Assembly: GCA_964010765.1 (NCBI GenBank)
Contig: CAXGMD010000010.1
Span: forward strand, 1 to 62,203
Direction: 5' to 3'
Length of the DNA stretch: 62,203 bases
Source of the DNA: an uncultured bacterium
GTDB taxonomy: Bacteria; SAR324; NAC60-12
Part shown: one piece after another, positions 39,789 through 48,695 of the stretch
Numbering within the stretch: position 1 is the stretch's first letter
Layout: each line of letters begins with the position of its first letter
Position numbers and translations under genes: made by a program
The notes under the pieces: model-generated
Database searches by the model: none
Seen by the model: the letters and a program-made list of their open reading frames with translations, nothing else
Told to the model about the DNA's origin: nothing

Positions 39789-40626
39789 TCCAATATACCT
39801 CGTGCATGAAGTTGGTGATTAAGAGCAATCCCTTGCCCGTATTTTGAAAAATTTCCTCGGTTTCTTGATTCCCTGCCTCATAGTCGTGATCAAAGCCTTT
39901 GCCTTCATCTCGAATCACATACTTCGCAGAATTTTTACTTATTTTGTAGCTTAAAACTATTCTGCGGTTCCGATAGGGCTCTTCCTCACGTCTTTCAGCA
40001 ATTGCTTCGCGCATCTCTTCAAATCCTAGGCGATGCAAGACATCCGTCATTTCTAGGTTCCCATGGACGATGGCATTTTCCAAAGCTTCCTTGAGCACAA
40101 TCCGTATTGTGAAGAGTTCTTCATGTCTTAGAATCTCATAACGAGGAAGATTTCTTGTGATGAAGGTGGTAATGGAGCCAATGCATTCGAAATCGTTCTC
40201 CATCTCAATGGTTCGGCTTTCAAGAATCGAATGTTCCAAGCAGTAGTTGCTGAAACGTGAATCAGCCATTAGGGAGTTCACACGTTTCAGAGTACGATGA
40301 AGATCGCGATTGGTGAAGGGACGAATCAAGAAATCACAGGCTCCCTGACGAAGGGCTTGGCGCGCCATGTCAGGAAATTCCAAAGGAATCAGAACTACAA
40401 ATGGTAGTTTTCGATTAATGGCTTTCAATTCTTTCATGAGTTCGAGTCCACCAAGTTTCGGCATCATCAAACCACTGAAAACTACCTGAATCTCTTTTTG
40501 TTCGTGAAAAATCCCTAAAGCTTCTTCACCATCTTCAGCGATGAGAACTTCATGCTCTTGATTTTCAAGAAAATTACGTAGCTGTTCCCGCGATTCAGGG
40601 TTCGCATCGGCTATCATGACAAGCAT
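39733..40626 (-). CDS. Pseudo-receiver domain fused to an RsbW-type HATPase (anti-sigma/Ser kinase-like) domain
   Basis: REC fold with the phospho-Asp replaced by Gly; EALENAIVHGN, IRDEGKGFD and GKGL boxes. Confidence 0.8.
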   Translation of the reverse strand: MLVMIADANPESREQLRNFLENQEHEVLIAEDGEEALGIFHEQKEIQVVFSGLMMPKLGGLELMKELKAINRKLPFVVLIPLEFPDMARQALRQGACDFLIRPFTNRDLHRTLKRVNSLMADSRFSNYCLEHSILESRTIEMENDFECIGSITTFITRNLPRYEILRHEELFTIRIVLKEALENAIVHGNLEMTDVLHRLGFEEMREAIAERREEEPYRNRRIVLSYKISKNSAKYVIRDEGKGFDHDYEAGNQETEEIFQNTGKGLLLITNFMHEVYWNERGNEITMVRYRKRSKS

Positions 40627-40764
40627 ATTGGGGGAACTTCCTGGGGGAACTTTTGAACCTGAGGATTTTCTGACAGGGTCAGTATGAATTTAAAAAAACT
40701 ATCGCATCATTTCAGGGCAAGACAAGATTTTTTGATTCACCGCAAAGTCAGTTCAAATTCGCTA

Positions 40765-41388
40765 TCATACAGAATTTGTACGATCGAGTTGTAATAATGC
40801 TGATTTGATAGACTTAATTTTTCTGACTTCTTGATAAAGAGATTCTAAATTCTCATCATCTATTTTTTCAGCACGGAGAAACTGAACAGTTTGCTTGATG
40901 TACTCATAGCATGAACCTCTCTTGCCTTCAGCTTCCAAAATCCTCTTTGCTTTCAATTCTTTAGTCAAGCAAGTACCTACATACTTAGGATGGTCCAAGT
41001 TGACTAAAAATGCGATGGCTTCAATTGTGCCTGATGAAGTCTTCAATTGAACCCACTTAGGATAATATGCACCGGTAACCATTTCTCTGGCCCAGATCCT
41101 TGCCAATTGGATCTCGCGGTCCACTAAAGGTATTCTGAACGCCCTGCCAACACAGAAGGTGCCAGGTTCTAATCCAAGAACCAATCCTGGCAGTTCATCT
41201 GTACCCCGATGCTCAGTACTCCACAAACAAAAATTTCTCTGATAACCATAGATGGTGGCCCGAACCGATAAATCAAACGAAATTTCTGGATGCCACATCA
41301 AAGACCCGTAAGCAAAAAGCCAAATGTCATTGTCAGGAGATCTTTGGGATAACAATTCTTTTAGGGAATCAGCCATTTCACCAGTCAA
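40765..41388 (-). CDS. chaC: Glutathione-specific gamma-glutamylcyclotransferase
   Basis: WLFAYGSLMW, HRGT..LPGLVLGL, WAREM, GSCYEY. Confidence 0.9.
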   Translation of the reverse strand: MTGEMADSLKELLSQRSPDNDIWLFAYGSLMWHPEISFDLSVRATIYGYQRNFCLWSTEHRGTDELPGLVLGLEPGTFCVGRAFRIPLVDREIQLARIWAREMVTGAYYPKWVQLKTSSGTIEAIAFLVNLDHPKYVGTCLTKELKAKRILEAEGKRGSCYEYIKQTVQFLRAEKIDDENLESLYQEVRKIKSIKSALLQLDRTNSV

Positions 41389-41404
41389 CTTACAAAGAAA
41401 TAAA

Positions 41405-42763
41405 TTATTTGTTCCTCACAACCCTGTAGGTTTCGGGACCTTGTGATTCCAGAGGCCTCATACGACCCTGATTTTGAAATGCTTCCAGAAGTTCATCCAA
41501 GTGGTGCATGATTTTTAGATCGCCATAAATCTCATAGGGTCCTTCCTGAGCGATCGCTATACGTCCCGATTCTTTAACGTTACCACACACGATCCCTGAA
41601 AAAGCCTTCCGCAGGTTAGCGGCAAGAAGATGGCGGGGTTGATCTTGGTGAATCTCCAATTTCTTCATATTTTCATGCGTTGGCTCAAAAGCATGTTGAA
41701 ATTCTTCCTGAATGTGGAGTCCCCAATTAAAATATTGTGGCAGTTGAGATGACTCACGAAATTTTTGTACTGCCTGCAAACCCAGTTTCAATTCTTGAGC
41801 AACCATAATCGGGTTGTCAATGATGAGTTTATATTTTCGGCAGGCATCTGGGCCAAGCGTTGTAGCGATAAAGCGGTCTACTTGTTCAAAATAAGGCCGG
41901 CAACTCTCTGGACCTGTAAAAATTAGAGGGAGAGGAAGATCTTCATTTTCTGGGTGGAGTAGAATACCAAGTAAATAAAGGATTTCTTCAGCAGTACCAG
42001 CGCCACCAGGAAAAACTATGATGCCATGGCCAAGTCTTACGAAGGCTTCCAAGCGCTTTTCAATATCAGGCATAATCAACAAATCATTAACAATTGGATT
42101 TGGGGATTCCGCTGCAATAATCTGAGGTTCACTGATTCCGATATACCTCCCTCCACGCCTCCGTTGTTTAGCATGACCTATCGTGGCTCCTTTCATTGGG
42201 CCTTTCATGGCTCCTGCCCCACAGCCAGTGCAAATATCTAGATTCCGCAATCCTAGTTGGTGGCCTACCTCCTTGGTGTATTGGTATTCATTTCTGTCGA
42301 TGCGATGCCCTCCCCAACAAACCACTAGATTCGTTTCAGCGTTAGAATCAAAAATTTCTGCGTTTCGTAACATTCGAAACACTAGATTGGTAATCTGTTC
42401 AGAAGACTCAGAAGGGCCAAACAAATAAGGGTAAACAGTGTCTCGCAAGACGGCGAATAGCATTTCCTGGAGCCCAGATATGATATTCCCATCGACAAAA
42501 GCGGTCTCAGGAGCATTTCGAAGAACTATAAGATTGCCTCGAGCCGCTTGCTTGATTTCGATCTGAAAATCTTTATAACGCTTTTGCAACTCGAGGGTAT
42601 CTGCCGTGGGTCCACCACAGTTCAGAACAGCAAGTGCACAGTTCCGGAATCGGTGATGTAGGCCGGTTTCACTTTGATCGGTTAAAAGGTTGATTTCCTG
42701 TTTAGAAAGAAACTCGGGGCCTCGTCCGAGTGTTATGGTTGCGTCCATTTTTCTATTAATCAT
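41405..42763 (-). CDS. ppnN: Nucleotide 5'-monophosphate nucleosidase (YgdH)
   Basis: FRNCALAVLN, AFVDG, VVCWGGH, ICTGCG, MPDIEKRLEAF, FPGGAGTAEE, LAANLRKAFSGIV. Confidence 0.93.
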   Translation of the reverse strand: MINRKMDATITLGRGPEFLSKQEINLLTDQSETGLHHRFRNCALAVLNCGGPTADTLELQKRYKDFQIEIKQAARGNLIVLRNAPETAFVDGNIISGLQEMLFAVLRDTVYPYLFGPSESSEQITNLVFRMLRNAEIFDSNAETNLVVCWGGHRIDRNEYQYTKEVGHQLGLRNLDICTGCGAGAMKGPMKGATIGHAKQRRRGGRYIGISEPQIIAAESPNPIVNDLLIMPDIEKRLEAFVRLGHGIIVFPGGAGTAEEILYLLGILLHPENEDLPLPLIFTGPESCRPYFEQVDRFIATTLGPDACRKYKLIIDNPIMVAQELKLGLQAVQKFRESSQLPQYFNWGLHIQEEFQHAFEPTHENMKKLEIHQDQPRHLLAANLRKAFSGIVCGNVKESGRIAIAQEGPYEIYGDLKIMHHLDELLEAFQNQGRMRPLESQGPETYRVVRNK

Positions 42764-42778
42764 TTGTGAGTGGGGGGA

Positions 42779-43774
42779 TTATTCAGAAACTTTGGGAAGT
42801 GATTTTTGATGAAGTTTTTGAAGGATCGACATTGCAGAGGATTTACATTCTTGGGGACTCATAGATTTTGATGGTTGCGGTGATGATTTCACTTTTATCA
42901 ACTCATCGAATTGGCCAAGAGATTCCTTCAGTGAAAACAGGTTTTTCGAGGGCTTTTGCCTGAGCAACCCGATAGCCGTTACTGAAACCATGATGGCTGG
43001 GAATTTTTGCTGTAATTCTAACCATAGTTCACCTTTTATCTGCTCCCAGTCCGCCTGTATTTCCTGACCACCGTAACAGAGGAGAATAGCCCAATTTTTT
43101 TCTGGTCGATGGATAAATCCAGGAGAGGAATTTTTGGAAAAATTGCTTTCAAGGGAACTCCAGATCTCCTTTAATTGTTTTAAATTTTCTTCATCCCTCC
43201 GGAATGACTGTGGATCACTGATTTGACATCGAATCTCTACCAAATCCCATCTTGGAAGAAGCCGCTGAAATAATTTGATGTATATTTCCTGTTCTAGTCG
43301 AAAAGCTTGTTGAAGCGAGGCGTCATAAACGATTAAGTGTAAACACCTACCAACCCGTTTTGAATGAATGCTTTCTTCCAAAAATTCGAGTTCGTCTTCC
43401 TCAAAATTCCGGCGTAATTGCTTTCTAACTGCAGCAACCAAATCCAACTTTTTCCGAAAGCTTTGGTTGAGTAGTTTTTGATAAGCCTTCTGAAGATCAG
43501 TATTGTTGAAATCCTGAAATTCTAGTTCTTGCAGGGAATAATCATAAATTGATGAGATGTTTCTGGGATAGGAGTGATTCGCAAGGAAAGGATCCAGATC
43601 AGTATTCCACTGATGTCGCAGTTTAGCTAATCCGATCAGATTTTGTTGTCCACCAGCTGCCAAGATCTGCTGCCATTGATCTTGGATAGTTTGACAGGCC
43701 ACATTTTTTTGTTTTTGGTATCGAATTTGCCGTAAGTAGTTTGTCGCTAGTTTATGGGAGTCTAGATCCGCCAT
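42779..43774 (-). CDS. Hypothetical protein, possible tandem DciA (DUF721) domains
   Basis: Two segments fit the DUF721 pattern W-x7-A-x-H-S/T-x-P...L-x-V...I-R; see findings. Confidence 0.5.
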   Translation of the reverse strand: MADLDSHKLATNYLRQIRYQKQKNVACQTIQDQWQQILAAGGQQNLIGLAKLRHQWNTDLDPFLANHSYPRNISSIYDYSLQELEFQDFNNTDLQKAYQKLLNQSFRKKLDLVAAVRKQLRRNFEEDELEFLEESIHSKRVGRCLHLIVYDASLQQAFRLEQEIYIKLFQRLLPRWDLVEIRCQISDPQSFRRDEENLKQLKEIWSSLESNFSKNSSPGFIHRPEKNWAILLCYGGQEIQADWEQIKGELWLELQQKFPAIMVSVTAIGLLRQKPSKNLFSLKESLGQFDELIKVKSSPQPSKSMSPQECKSSAMSILQKLHQKSLPKVSE

Positions 43775-43874
43775 CTTTCTCTTACTTTACAAAAAGGCTC
43801 TGGGGACCTTCAAAAAAATTATGAATCCTTCATTACCAACTGGAAAACTTTGGAACCCTTGCACAAATAATCCC

Positions 43875-44429
43875 ATGAAGCAGTCAGAATTGGCCCCCGG
43901 AATTTTGGTGGCTTTACCTAATTTACAAGATCCTTATTTTTCTAAGACAGCAATTTTACTTTGTAACTATAATGAGGAAGGTGCTTTTGGCCTAGTGATG
44001 AACCACCCTTCAGATTTGAAAGTCACAGAAATTCTGAAAGAGGAGTTCCAAACCCATATCGATCTGGAAGTGCCCTTGTTAATTGGTGGTCCGGTGCAAC
44101 CAGAATCATTCTGGGCAGTGCACACCTCCGATTACCTTTGTGAATCAAGCACAGAAATTTCCTCCAGAATAGCTCTGAGTGCTGGAGAAGATGTCCTCAT
44201 GGCGATTCTTGATGGTAGTGGACCCCAAACTTACCATCTTGGTGTAGGCTATTCAGGCTGGGGAGCTTTTCAACTTGATCGAGAAATTCAAGAAGAGTCT
44301 TGGTGGCTTGCTCCGTTGGATGAATCCCTGATTATGGACATGGAATACGATCACCGTTGGGAATGCATCCTTGATAATCTTGGTATCTCACCATATACAG
44401 CTTTGTTCACCAAAAGTGGTCATGTTTGA
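43875..44429 (+). CDS. yqgE: YqgE/AlgH family protein
   Basis: DPYFSK, GAFGLVMN, GGPV, GYSGW...QLDREI...W; alternative start at 43821. Confidence 0.92.
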   Translation: MKQSELAPGILVALPNLQDPYFSKTAILLCNYNEEGAFGLVMNHPSDLKVTEILKEEFQTHIDLEVPLLIGGPVQPESFWAVHTSDYLCESSTEISSRIALSAGEDVLMAILDGSGPQTYHLGVGYSGWGAFQLDREIQEESWWLAPLDESLIMDMEYDHRWECILDNLGISPYTALFTKSGHV

Positions 44430-45051
44430 TATTCCGATCAATCAGATGTCCGTCAGCATTGATAGCAAAGTGGTACTGAAAAGAAAAATCCTCTGCAGGC
44501 TTTCCTAAGTAAAGAATTGTCCCTTTGGAATCCTCCCACCAATCAAAAACTAGTTTTTTCAAGGCTTGATCAAGATCTTCCAGAACCGATTCCAAGATCA
44601 GGAGCTCTACGTCCAAGCACCACAAAAACAGCCAAATTATTCTTTGTCGGCCGCTGATCTCAACTGAATCTAATGGTCTTCGCAGAGTGCTGTTAGAAAC
44701 CCCCAGCATATCTGCAAGTTGCTGCCATGTCCGAGGTTTGCCGGCTACCCAAGGACGCATCTCAAATCGGGGTGAGGCCAGATTTTCTAAAACTGTTTTT
44801 TGCGGATCTAAACCTGCTTCTAGAAGTCTATTACTATAGCATTGATCTCGAACAGGGACATCTACATTCCCTTTATGAGGCCTTAGATTGGTTTGCAATA
44901 ATCGCCATATAGTTTCAGACTGCTCAGGACGGCTACATTCTAAGCTCGCTCGTTGCCCTCTTGGGAGAGAAAAGCTGACTTCTGTTAGATCGGATTCTTC
45001 ATCTTGTTCTCTATAAGAGACTTCCTTGAATTCTAGAACCACGGATTTCAT
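44407..45051 (-). CDS. Degenerate ABC-ATPase-like protein
   Basis: ABC scaffold (LEFKEVSY, VSFSL..G, P..G.V, TVLENL, RQR, LLILE, LD) with Walker A, signature and Walker B degraded. Confidence 0.6.
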   Translation of the reverse strand: MKSVVLEFKEVSYREQDEESDLTEVSFSLPRGQRASLECSRPEQSETIWRLLQTNLRPHKGNVDVPVRDQCYSNRLLEAGLDPQKTVLENLASPRFEMRPWVAGKPRTWQQLADMLGVSNSTLRRPLDSVEISGRQRIIWLFLWCLDVELLILESVLEDLDQALKKLVFDWWEDSKGTILYLGKPAEDFSFQYHFAINADGHLIDRNIKHDHFW

Positions 45052-45057
45052 TTAATT

Positions 45058-45522
45058 TTGCTCATGATCACGATCAAATGGCTTTTACCTGATTTAGAGG
45101 CAACGGCAGCTGCCGGGGCAAAACTTTCAAAAACATTGGAACCGGGCTGTATTGTAATGATGGAAGGAGATTTAGGTTCAGGCAAAACAACTCTCTGCAA
45201 AAATATCTGCGCAAGCCTAGGGGTGCCAATAAATTTGGTAACTTCTCCCACTTATACCATGGTGAATATGTACTCATACGATTTGGGAGTCATCCACCAT
45301 TTGGATTTGTATCGTCTAGAGGATCAAAAAGAACTGGAAGACTTCGATTTTGAAGATTTAATCGCTGTGGATGGAATCACTTTGGTAGAGTGGCCAAAAT
45401 TGCTGAGGCCCTTAATTGACACTCAGAGAGTGCTCAATATCAACATCAATTATGTTTCAGATGGTAGTAGAGAACTCATCATGAGTAGCCATGATTCTTT
45501 ATACGAAAGGTTGATGAATTGA
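45058..45522 (+). CDS. tsaE: tRNA t6A biosynthesis ATPase
   Basis: GDLGSGKTT, VTSPTY, HLDLYRL, VEW; start may be ATG at 45064. Confidence 0.95.
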   Translation: MLMITIKWLLPDLEATAAAGAKLSKTLEPGCIVMMEGDLGSGKTTLCKNICASLGVPINLVTSPTYTMVNMYSYDLGVIHHLDLYRLEDQKELEDFDFEDLIAVDGITLVEWPKLLRPLIDTQRVLNININYVSDGSRELIMSSHDSLYERLMN

Positions 45523-46187
45523 AATCTCTCGTGTTGGATACCCTCTTTGAAAATCTTAGCCTAGGTTTATTAGAAGATCATGAGCCCAGGGCATTGCTTT
45601 ACACTCATTGCAGACGCCGCAACGCTCAAATCTTAATCTCACAATTACAGGAGTTGCTGAAAAATTTGAATTGGGATCTTGATGATGTTGATGAATTAAT
45701 CGTGAATCGTGGTCCGGGTTCTTACACAGGCGTTAGAATCGCACTTAGTGTCGTCCGCACAATTGCGCAAGTACTAAAGCTGCCTATTCGTTGCGTAACC
45801 AGTTTGGACGTTCTGGCTTTTCAAGTTTCACCTCAATTGAAGCCTTTCCCCGTAATGCTGAATTGTACCAGGCAGGAAGTTTTCTGGGCTTGGTTTCAAT
45901 TTAACGAAAACGGCTTTCCAGAAATGACTTCTGACATTGAACTCTCTGAACTGAAAAGCCTTCCTGACGCTGTTTTAGAAAATCCGGTTCACTTGTTACA
46001 ATTGGGGCAAAGAAGGGATTCGGAATTGGCTAAGCTAGATAAAATTATACTTCAGTATCCAGTTCCAGATGCTTGGATGATCTATCAAGCTGCCCATCTA
46101 GGGCAAGTTAAGGAATTACCAATTGAACATGTTCAGCCACTTTATCTCAAGAAAGACGTTCAAACAAAGAGTTCAATTAGGAAGTGA
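45519..46187 (+). CDS. tsaB: tRNA t6A biosynthesis protein
   Basis: LVLDT, GPGSYTGVRI, SLDVLA, PLYL; follows tsaE. Confidence 0.92.
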   Translation: MKSLVLDTLFENLSLGLLEDHEPRALLYTHCRRRNAQILISQLQELLKNLNWDLDDVDELIVNRGPGSYTGVRIALSVVRTIAQVLKLPIRCVTSLDVLAFQVSPQLKPFPVMLNCTRQEVFWAWFQFNENGFPEMTSDIELSELKSLPDAVLENPVHLLQLGQRRDSELAKLDKIILQYPVPDAWMIYQAAHLGQVKELPIEHVQPLYLKKDVQTKSSIRK

Positions 46188-47390
46188 TAGTTTACCAAGT
46201 ATCACTGATGATTGATTTCCTGTGATGCCAGCAAAAGTAGTGGATTCCCCCATTAGAAACTGATTCCCCAGTACCGCAAAACCAATTGCCTCTCTTGCCT
46301 CTGCAGGTTGGCCCAATTCTGAAAAATCTCGAAATTCAACCTCGGGTAATCTGTCCTGTATCTGTTTCTTCAGTTCCTGATTGAATGATCCACCTCCGCT
46401 CAAAAAGGATTCTTTGGGCAATCTTGGTAAATGATCTCTATAAGCCCGATTGATGGATTCTGCGGTAAAAACGGTGAGTGTGGCCATCAAATCTGGAAGA
46501 GAAAGATCTGCTGATTTTGCCTCATTCAACCAGGTTCTCATCAATTCAGAACCAAATTCTTCTCGGCCAGTTGATTTTGGCGGTTTTAAATCTAGGTAGG
46601 GGTGCTGCAACCATTGATTCAGTAATTTATTGTTTACTTTCCCCTTGGCAGCTGTAAGACCGTCTTTATCATATAGCTCACCGGTACCTGAGCGCTGCAT
46701 TCCGATATTCAAGAGAAGATTTGCAGGACCTGTATCAAATGCTAAGACTTCTTCACTATTAACTGAACCAGGCAAGAACGTCAGATTACTGATTCCTCCA
46801 AGATTATGAACGATCCTTTCAACCCCAATTTTATTGAAAAGAAGAAAATCAAGATATGGCAACAAAGGGGCTCCGGTACCTCCAGCAGCCAAATCTTTCA
46901 TTCGGAAATCTGAGACTACAGGCAGCCCGATTCTTTGAGCCAATTGGTCGGCATCACCTAATTGCCATGTGGCAGGAAACTGATTGGGAAAACTTTTTGG
47001 CAGATACGTTCTTAGTGAAGATTCAGGAGGCAGGTGCAAAACGGTTTGGCCATGACTGGCCACTGCATCAATGAATTTCGGGTCAATTTGCCATTCATTA
47101 AGTTGCTGAAGGACGATTTCTGCCCAGTGTGAGCCTAGACTGACATGAAGCTGGCCAAGTTCGATGGCACTGACCTCCCTTGGGTTTGTAAAATTTTGGA
47201 GGCAATGTTGCCAATCCGCAGAGTAGGGAGGGGAGGCAAAAGCCTCTAAGGAAATTTTTATGGAAGAACCCGAGCCAGATATTGCCACAAGGGCAATGTC
47301 CAATCCATCCAAAGAAGTGCCCGACATCAGCCCTAGCCATAATCTAGAAGATTTTTGGCGGACTTTCTCAAGGTGCTTCCAAGGATTCAT
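46173..47390 (-). CDS. anmK: Anhydro-N-acetylmuramic acid kinase
   Basis: GLMSGTSLDGLD, SHGQT, DFR..DLAAGGTGAPL, NLGGISN, FDTGPAN, KSTGRE. Confidence 0.95.
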   Translation of the reverse strand: MNPWKHLEKVRQKSSRLWLGLMSGTSLDGLDIALVAISGSGSSIKISLEAFASPPYSADWQHCLQNFTNPREVSAIELGQLHVSLGSHWAEIVLQQLNEWQIDPKFIDAVASHGQTVLHLPPESSLRTYLPKSFPNQFPATWQLGDADQLAQRIGLPVVSDFRMKDLAAGGTGAPLLPYLDFLLFNKIGVERIVHNLGGISNLTFLPGSVNSEEVLAFDTGPANLLLNIGMQRSGTGELYDKDGLTAAKGKVNNKLLNQWLQHPYLDLKPPKSTGREEFGSELMRTWLNEAKSADLSLPDLMATLTVFTAESINRAYRDHLPRLPKESFLSGGGSFNQELKKQIQDRLPEVEFRDFSELGQPAEAREAIGFAVLGNQFLMGESTTFAGITGNQSSVILGKLSLPN

Positions 47391-47409
47391 TCAGAGAATT
47401 ACCAAAAAA

Positions 47410-48195
47410 TTAGAAGCGATTCTTATACTCCCTGAGCACTCGAAAAACAGACACTGGACTCAAATCAGCATCTGGTTCCAATTCTCGAACTCTTTTTTGA
47501 ATTTCTAACTCCTTAGTCCTCATAAACGGGTTCGTAGCAAATTCTTGAGAAATTGTTGAAGGGGTTGTGAATTTTCTTTGAGATCGTATTTTGCGTACCT
47601 CCTTTAAAAGCACATGTGCTTTGTGGTTGTTTGGCTCCACGTCTAAGCAAAACTCCAAGTTTTTTTCGGTATATTCATGCCCAAAATAGAGTCGAGTTTC
47701 AGGTGGAAGTGAACCGATCTTTTGATGTAGTGAGGAATACATATCTTGGGGTGATCCTTCAAAGATCCGCCCACAACCTGCAGCGAAAAGGGTGTCTCCG
47801 GTGAAGGCAGCATCTCCCCAAACATACGTGATTGCACCTGTGGTATGCCCAGGATTGTGAATTACAAATCCATTTAGCGCTCCGAATCCGATTACTTGAC
47901 CATCCTTTACTCCATCCGTTAGTCCTGGAATACGTCCCTCATCAGATTGATGACCAAAAATACGAACACTTGGAAACTGTTGTTTCAATTCCTCATTTCC
48001 CCCGACATGATCCCAGTGATGATGAGTATTGAAAATGTAATCCAAACCCCATCCTTTATCTCTTAATACCTTCAGTATAGGTTGGGCAGCTGAGGGATCT
48101 ACGACACCAGTTTGTCCTGTAGATGGACACCGTAGTAGATAAGCGTAGTTGTCTTTCAGGCAGGGGATTGGAGTTACTTCAGGAGCTACATTCAT
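47410..48195 (-). CDS. gloB: Hydroxyacylglutathione hydrolase (glyoxalase II)
   Basis: DNYAY, THHHWDHVGGN, PGHT, GDTLF..GCGR, GHEY, TNPFMR. Confidence 0.95.
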   Translation of the reverse strand: MNVAPEVTPIPCLKDNYAYLLRCPSTGQTGVVDPSAAQPILKVLRDKGWGLDYIFNTHHHWDHVGGNEELKQQFPSVRIFGHQSDEGRIPGLTDGVKDGQVIGFGALNGFVIHNPGHTTGAITYVWGDAAFTGDTLFAAGCGRIFEGSPQDMYSSLHQKIGSLPPETRLYFGHEYTEKNLEFCLDVEPNNHKAHVLLKEVRKIRSQRKFTTPSTISQEFATNPFMRTKELEIQKRVRELEPDADLSPVSVFRVLREYKNRF

Positions 48196-48268
48196 TTCGA
48201 ATTCCTGGCAAACGCATTCAATTTGTCATGTAAAAAAAGGCATTGATTCCACTAGGAATGTCCTCATT

Positions 48269-48664
48269 TCATCTATGAAAACCTAGAGGAAAGTGAGAAC
48301 CTCCCGGTTCATCATTCATCTCTGCATCAAGATGCACGATCTCAGTGGATTTTTTCTCTTGTGTACTTTCTACAGAGGTAACTCTGAATCCGTAGCGTTC
48401 ATTGAGAACTACAATTTCTCCACGAGCAGTGACTCTCTGTCGAGCTGGGTTTTTGTCCACAACTACCATATCAATGGGTTCCCCCAACAGTTTATCGAAC
48501 CCGATTGTGGATCCTTTGCGTAAACTGAGGATTTCCCGAATCGTCATATTCTTTCGGGCAACTTCGGCACTGACAATGACGGGAACGTCTTTGAGGAAGT
48601 CATAGGTGTGGTGAGAATCCTCTTTTCGAGGATTTGCTAAATCGGCATAGTCAAGGTAACGCAT
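48269..48664 (-). CDS. fliN: FliM/FliN C-terminal (SpoA) domain protein, second FliN-like copy
   Basis: FLKDVPVIVSAEV, GEPID, ARGEIVVLNERYGFRV. Confidence 0.75.
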   Translation of the reverse strand: MRYLDYADLANPRKEDSHHTYDFLKDVPVIVSAEVARKNMTIREILSLRKGSTIGFDKLLGEPIDMVVVDKNPARQRVTARGEIVVLNERYGFRVTSVESTQEKKSTEIVHLDAEMNDEPGGSHFPLGFHR

Positions 48665-48695
48665 CTTTCACTCCAATGTGAGGGTTTGCGTCGTC

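Noticed and set aside
40629..40652. Direct repeat TGGGGGAACTT x2 just upstream of the pseudo-receiver gene
   Set aside because: Only two 11-bp copies with no further support; may be chance or slippage
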